Shown piece by piece: positions 59,410-64,000 of a stretch of DNA of 64,000 nucleotides. Source of the DNA: an archaeon (GTDB lineage: Archaea > Aenigmatarchaeota > Aenigmatarchaeia > QMZP01 > JAFGSV01); NCBI GenBank assembly GCA_028279705.1, contig JANQNF010000046.1, positions 17,019 to 81,018 of the forward strand, written 5' to 3'. Below the pieces are notes generated by a model. The model did no database searches. It was not told where the DNA came from and was given only the letters and a program-made list of their open reading frames with translations. Every line of letters begins with the position of its first letter. The stretch's first letter is position 1. The position numbers and the translations under genes are program-made.

Positions 59410-60696
59410 TCACAATCCTAAATCCGTCGGTGCCCTTCCCAGTGAATATAACAATTCGATAGTATCATTTATATTCTCTTCGGTCTTTTTGTCGTTTCCT
59501 GCCTTACCAGGGTATATCCTGTAAAGGTCCCTGTATTTTGAAGGAGTTATGTTTATCATAAGCGAATTCCCCCCGGACATAAGACCCTTCTTCTTTGCAC
59601 CCTTATCGACAGTCTCAAGCGCAGTCGTTACAAGTATCTTTGACTTCCTGTCCATGAACCGGGCAAGCGCCGTTGCCTTCAGGACCCTGTCCACGTCAGG
59701 CTTACTCTCACTTTGAAGCGGCGTCCCGTCAGTTGGTATGAACGGCCCAAAGGAATACATGTCCGCGCCAAGTTCTTTTGTCAGCAGTATGTTGTTGACA
59801 AGGTCCTCGTTTGTCTCACCTGGAAGTCCCGTAAGAAAGCCCGTCGCAACGACGTATCCCATGTCGTTTAAATCGCGTATCAGCTGCACCCTGTCCTCGA
59901 GTTTCGTTCCAGGTCTCAGTTTCTCAAACAGATCTTTATTTGAAGTCTCAAACCTGAGGAGCGCAGCCCTCGCGCCGGCATCATAAAGCCTTTTGTAAGT
60001 TTCCTTTGGCCTCATTCCTATGCTGACGAATATGAGAACGTCAAGCCTTCTCACTTCCCTTACAATCCTTTCAAGCTTTTCGTCATCATACCACGGGTCC
60101 TCGCCCGACTGCAACACAAGCGCCTTGAATCCCAGTTCCTTTGAAGCGTGCCTGGCAGCATCTATGATCTCTTCTGGTGTCATCCTGTATCTTTTGACGC
60201 TGCTGCCCTTTCTTATTCCGCAGTACATGCAGTCCTGCGTGCAGTAATTGGAGAACTCAAGTATCCCGTGGACGCAGCATGCGTTGTCGTGGTCCTTCTG
60301 CCTTACGTTGTTTGCAGTCTCCATTATCAGCTTGATGTCTTCCCCGTCGTCCGTCCCTAACAGTTCGAGCGCGTCCTTTTTGCCAAGTTCCTGGTTCCTG
60401 TTCACCTTCTGGAGTATTTGCAGTATGTTACCTGAAGCGTCGGCATTTTCGTGTATTTTGGACGTAGTGCGGTCTAACTCCTTCAGCTCGAAGAACTTCT
60501 CCTTCCACGCTTCAAGGATTTCGACAGCTTCCTTTTCCGGTATCTTGCTTATCAGCACGCCGCCCTGTGCGTACACGTATTCGCCTTTCCGGACATCGGC
60601 AAAGTCGCAGAGGACGTTCCTCTTTTCGCCGAAGTAGTCCACGACAGCGACGCCGTCCTTGACTTCAGCGACCCTTCCAGGAATAGCGTAGCACAT
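59410..60696 (-). CDS. hydE: HypC/HupF domain fused to HydE-like radical SAM
   Basis: MCYAIPGRV...VDYFG...GEYV (HypC); EFSNYCTQDCMYC, LQSGED, RFET, PFIP..GTPL, TTALE, Y.IYPGK (HydE). Confidence 0.85.
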   Translation of the reverse strand: MCYAIPGRVAEVKDGVAVVDYFGEKRNVLCDFADVRKGEYVYAQGGVLISKIPEKEAVEILEAWKEKFFELKELDRTTSKIHENADASGNILQILQKVNRNQELGKKDALELLGTDDGEDIKLIMETANNVRQKDHDNACCVHGILEFSNYCTQDCMYCGIRKGSSVKRYRMTPEEIIDAARHASKELGFKALVLQSGEDPWYDDEKLERIVREVRRLDVLIFVSIGMRPKETYKRLYDAGARAALLRFETSNKDLFEKLRPGTKLEDRVQLIRDLNDMGYVVATGFLTGLPGETNEDLVNNILLTKELGADMYSFGPFIPTDGTPLQSESKPDVDRVLKATALARFMDRKSKILVTTALETVDKGAKKKGLMSGGNSLMINITPSKYRDLYRIYPGKAGNDKKTEENINDTIELLYSLGRAPTDLGL

Positions 60697-60782
60697 AGTA
60701 ACAGAATGTCACGGCTATTTAAAAGATGTCACAATCAGGGACTCGTTAACAAATAAAAAATGAAATAACAAGGATTAACCGC

Positions 60783-61166
60783 ATGAAAGGTTTTTACAGG
60801 AAATTGCTCCCGATCTTTGGCGCACTGGTAGTCAGCTCCTGCATTAAAAGCGGCGAAGAATCTGTAGGGAAATTGTTTAATGTAAAGTACCCGTCCGGGG
60901 AAAGCGACACCATCTTCAGTTCATACGATGGCACTGTCAAGCCGCTCGTTTCAGAGGACGGCGTTCGATTCTTAAAGGAAAGCCATGGTATGTACAGGAT
61001 CGATGGCAGGATAATCCACTACACGTCCATGGCTACAGTCTCAGGTGACGGGTTCTATAACGATGTCAGTCTGTATGAATGCGACGGTAACGGGAATGTG
61101 ATTTCCAAGATAGAGAACGAAAATATCCGTGAAGCCCTAATAGAAAAAATAAATTCCATCCAGTAA
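60783..61166 (+). CDS. Hypothetical lipoprotein
   Basis: VSSC lipobox. Confidence 0.55.
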   Translation: MKGFYRKLLPIFGALVVSSCIKSGEESVGKLFNVKYPSGESDTIFSSYDGTVKPLVSEDGVRFLKESHGMYRIDGRIIHYTSMATVSGDGFYNDVSLYECDGNGNVISKIENENIREALIEKINSIQ

Positions 61167-61175
61167 GACCTTTTC

Positions 61176-61970
61176 TCAGCCAAGCCACTTGTCTTTTATT
61201 TCCTTGAGCTTTCCGCTTGTCTTCATTTCCCTCAGTATGCTGTTTATCTCTTTCATCAGGGCGTCGTTTCCAAGCTGCGTTGCTATCCCGTAGTATTCCT
61301 GGGTGAACGGATCGCCTACTATCTTAAGCGACGGGTTGTTTTTCACAACTCCGCTTGCACCGACAAGGTCCTCGACAATCACATCGACTTCCCCGTCCAG
61401 AAGGCTGTTTACCCTGTCTTCCTTTTCCTCGGCAACTTTGACCATGGAAGGGTCTATGTAGTCCAGTGCAAGCACGGCCTTCTCGCCTGTCGTGCCGCTC
61501 ATCACGCCAATCATCTTTCCTTCCATGTCCCCTGGTGTGGTGATGTTGTCGTTGTCACCCATTACGACCATGGTCTGGCCGGCATCAAAGTATGGTATGC
61601 TGAAAAGCATTTCTTCAGACCTTTCGGTTGTGATCGTTATTGCAGAGAGTGCTATGTCGATTTCACCGCTTTTTGCCGCTTCGAGCATGTCTGGGAAAAA
61701 GATGTCCTGAAATTCCACGGAAACACCGAGCTTGGATGCGATTTCTTTTGCTATCTCAATGTCGTGGCCTACAAACTCGCCTGAGTCATCGAGATATGTC
61801 ATTGGATCGAGTTTTGCATACGTCCCGATAACGATCTTGCCGCTCTCTTTTATATCGAGAAGCGAACTGTCCGTTGGGCCGTTCTCCTGCTCGACCTGTT
61901 GTACAGTCTGTGTGCAGCCTGAAATGAGAACTGCTGCAAGCAATGCGACAAAAACGTAGTGAAATTTCAT
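61176..61970 (-). CDS. Polar amino acid ABC-type substrate-binding lipoprotein (family 3)
   Basis: ISGC lipobox; shares TQE.YGIAT.LGN.ALM.EIN.ILREMK.SGKLKEI..KWLG with 26820. Confidence 0.9.
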   Translation of the reverse strand: MKFHYVFVALLAAVLISGCTQTVQQVEQENGPTDSSLLDIKESGKIVIGTYAKLDPMTYLDDSGEFVGHDIEIAKEIASKLGVSVEFQDIFFPDMLEAAKSGEIDIALSAITITTERSEEMLFSIPYFDAGQTMVVMGDNDNITTPGDMEGKMIGVMSGTTGEKAVLALDYIDPSMVKVAEEKEDRVNSLLDGEVDVIVEDLVGASGVVKNNPSLKIVGDPFTQEYYGIATQLGNDALMKEINSILREMKTSGKLKEIKDKWLG

Positions 61971-62081
61971 TTCCCCACAATGTTTACTAGAACCAATCTT
62001 CAATATATATGTATCGTTTCCCATGCAGTAAAAAATAAACCAAATGTAATTTTGTTTAAACGTGATCTTACTGCAAAGTTA

Positions 62082-63338
62082 CTACTTATTTATCTTGCCC
62101 CTTCTTTTGACTATCTTTATCCTCTTTATGACTGAAGGGTCGTCGTGATCAACGTCTATCACAGTAAGCGTGAAATTCTTCAGCTTTATGCTCTTACCGC
62201 GTTTTGGCCTGCCGTCAAACCTGGCAGAAAGCAGGTCAGAGACCGTCGCGAATTTGCCCTTGAACGGCACCCCTATCTTCTCCTGCACGTCCTTTACGAG
62301 CATGTCACCCCTCACTATCGCGGTTTTCTTGTCAATGTGGTGGACCCTTACCCTCTTCCTGTCAGACTCGTCGTAGATCTCACCGACGATTTCCTCAAGG
62401 AGGTCCTCCATCGTGACTATGCCCTTCACGTTCCTCTTCCTGTCAAGCACTACGGCCATGTGAGCGCTGTGCTCTTTCAGCCTGTCGAACGTATCGTCGA
62501 GCATGTCATCGTCGCGCACGGATATCACGGGATCAAGCACGTCCTGCACCTTGACCTCGAAGCGCTTGTTCTTTATGTACTTCAGTATGCTTCTCAGGTT
62601 CACGACGCCTATGACCTTCCTTGCCTTCTTGCTGTAAACGGGTATCCTGCTGTACTTTGTCTTGAGCATCGTTGTGATCACGTCCATTATCGTCTGGCTG
62701 GGATCTATCGTAACCATCCTCTTCATCGGGGTGTACGCCTCATCTACCTTGCTTTCCCCAAAGTCTATGACGTTTTGCATCATCTCCTCCTCGTCCCTGT
62801 CAATCGCCCCGGATTCTGCCGCAAGTGAGAGTGCTGCCATTATCTCCTCCTCGGTTATCTCGTCCTTCTTGCTCTTCGTGCCGATTAATCTCAGGATGCC
62901 CCTGCTTATCAGTTCGACTATTATGATTATCGGATAGAGTACGTATGTCAGTATGTAAAGCGGCCTTGCGACAATGAGAGACATCTTCTCGGCGTTCTGG
63001 TGGAAGAACGTCTTTGGCGTTATCTCGCCGAATACCAGCACGAGGAATGTCATTATTCCCGTCGCCAGGCCGATGCCTGTGGACCCGAACATGTCTGTGA
63101 ATATGATGGTCGCGAGTGCTGCGGCGCCAATGTTCACCACGTTGTTTCCGATGAGTATCGTGACAAGCATCCTGTGCGGGTTCCCTTTCAGCTTCTTCAG
63201 GGTCTTTGCGCCGCTTCTTCGTTCCTTGACAAGCTTTCTCACCTTTATCTGGCCGAGTGAGAACAATGCTATCTCGGCCCCTGAGAACAGTCCCGAAAGC
63301 GCTATTAGAACGACCAGTAATAAGATTTCGAATATCAC
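62082..63338 (-). CDS. CNNM/HlyC-CorC family (DUF21 + CBS + CorC)
   Basis: FSGAEIA, TILIGNN, FGEITPK, SRIPV, EDLLEEIVGEI.DE. Confidence 0.92.
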   Translation of the reverse strand: MIFEILLLVVLIALSGLFSGAEIALFSLGQIKVRKLVKERRSGAKTLKKLKGNPHRMLVTILIGNNVVNIGAAALATIIFTDMFGSTGIGLATGIMTFLVLVFGEITPKTFFHQNAEKMSLIVARPLYILTYVLYPIIIIVELISRGILRLIGTKSKKDEITEEEIMAALSLAAESGAIDRDEEEMMQNVIDFGESKVDEAYTPMKRMVTIDPSQTIMDVITTMLKTKYSRIPVYSKKARKVIGVVNLRSILKYIKNKRFEVKVQDVLDPVISVRDDDMLDDTFDRLKEHSAHMAVVLDRKRNVKGIVTMEDLLEEIVGEIYDESDRKRVRVHHIDKKTAIVRGDMLVKDVQEKIGVPFKGKFATVSDLLSARFDGRPKRGKSIKLKNFTLTVIDVDHDDPSVIKRIKIVKRRGKINK

Positions 63339-63383
63339 GCAAATTCACTAATTGAATATTATGAGACCGCTAGTATTAATTGG

Positions 63384-63998
63384 TTAGACGGACTCGTTTA
63401 CAGGTTCCATAAGACACGCGCCCTCAACGCATCCGTAATCGCATAGTATTGCTGACGTTGTTGCGCCTCCGGCCTCCGTGCAGATACCCTCGGCAACATA
63501 CGAATCAGACGAGCAGACGTCTATTATGCTGGGACCGGTGTTACCTTCAAACCACACTTCACCGTAAGTGAACTCGTCCACGCCGTCTTGGTCTATGCAT
63601 TCCTGCCCTGACGTCTCGTTTATGCATTCCCCGCCTTCGCATCCGTTCTCACATTCCGTGACGACGTATTTGGCAGTCCCGCATGAGTCGAAAGCGTAAA
63701 CATCGCCGCCGTGGCAGTCAAATGAAACGTTCTCCACGCAGTCTTCCTCACTGACACACGCCCCGTCGGCACATCCATATTGGCAGTTGTACAGTTTTGA
63801 TTTCAGTGTGCTGGCAGAGCAGTAGTGTTCCCTGAGGTAGCCTTCCTCCACGCCTTCGGTGCCGCAGTAGTCCTCCTCTGTTTTGAGGACTACACCCTTC
63901 TCGGAGTATGTTGCAACTCCCTTCTCGAAATAGTTGAGTCCGTCACTGTATGCGCTGTTCTCGTCACTGTCGGTGCATTCGTACCCGACAACGCATGC
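63384..63998 (-). CDS. Cys-rich repeat surface protein, 3' part only
   Basis: Frame open to the window end; CTDSD..G.NYF.KG and C.YGC..GAC repeats. Confidence 0.75.
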   Translation of the reverse strand, partial: ACVVGYECTDSDENSAYSDGLNYFEKGVATYSEKGVVLKTEEDYCGTEGVEEGYLREHYCSASTLKSKLYNCQYGCADGACVSEEDCVENVSFDCHGGDVYAFDSCGTAKYVVTECENGCEGGECINETSGQECIDQDGVDEFTYGEVWFEGNTGPSIIDVCSSDSYVAEGICTEAGGATTSAILCDYGCVEGACLMEPVNESV

Positions 63999-64000
63999 GC

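Overview
Archaeal chromosomal window. Evidence: rpoE1/spt4, cdc6/orc1, carS, a tetraether synthase and tRNA genes without encoded CCA. A DPANN-type host is my inference from the Cys-rich CxDSD surface protein, PPDK and FeFe maturases; it is not proven. (1) 1-11929 is the right part of an AT-rich element integrated at tRNA-Ser(GGA). It carries a Zn-ribbon tyrosine integrase, an unannotated CopG-like RHH gene, a putative Rep, a KAP NTPase and a HEPN-motif gene. (2) The main signal is at 18887-26773. A Xer-type tyrosine recombinase without the IntI-specific insertion is followed by about 7 kb of small unrelated genes. These are separated by ten imperfect-palindromic sites (TAAC...GTTA outer stem, dif-like 11-bp arms, often two inner hairpins). 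The two ends of each gene module are complementary, as in integron cassettes, but site polarity flips mid-array and one site holds a whole NYN gene in its loop. This looks like a non-canonical integron-like / dif-cassette system. (3) 30335-39323 is a variable region with TA pairs, a duplicated 5' end of a DHH gene, pseudogene scars and decaying signalling genes. (4) Core metabolism includes unusual genes: a CarB-PyrI fusion, a HypC-HydE fusion beside hydG, a MiaA/IPT-like prenyltransferase, a short TopIB and a SiaC-like protein. All family assignments come from motif recognition by eye, not database searches.
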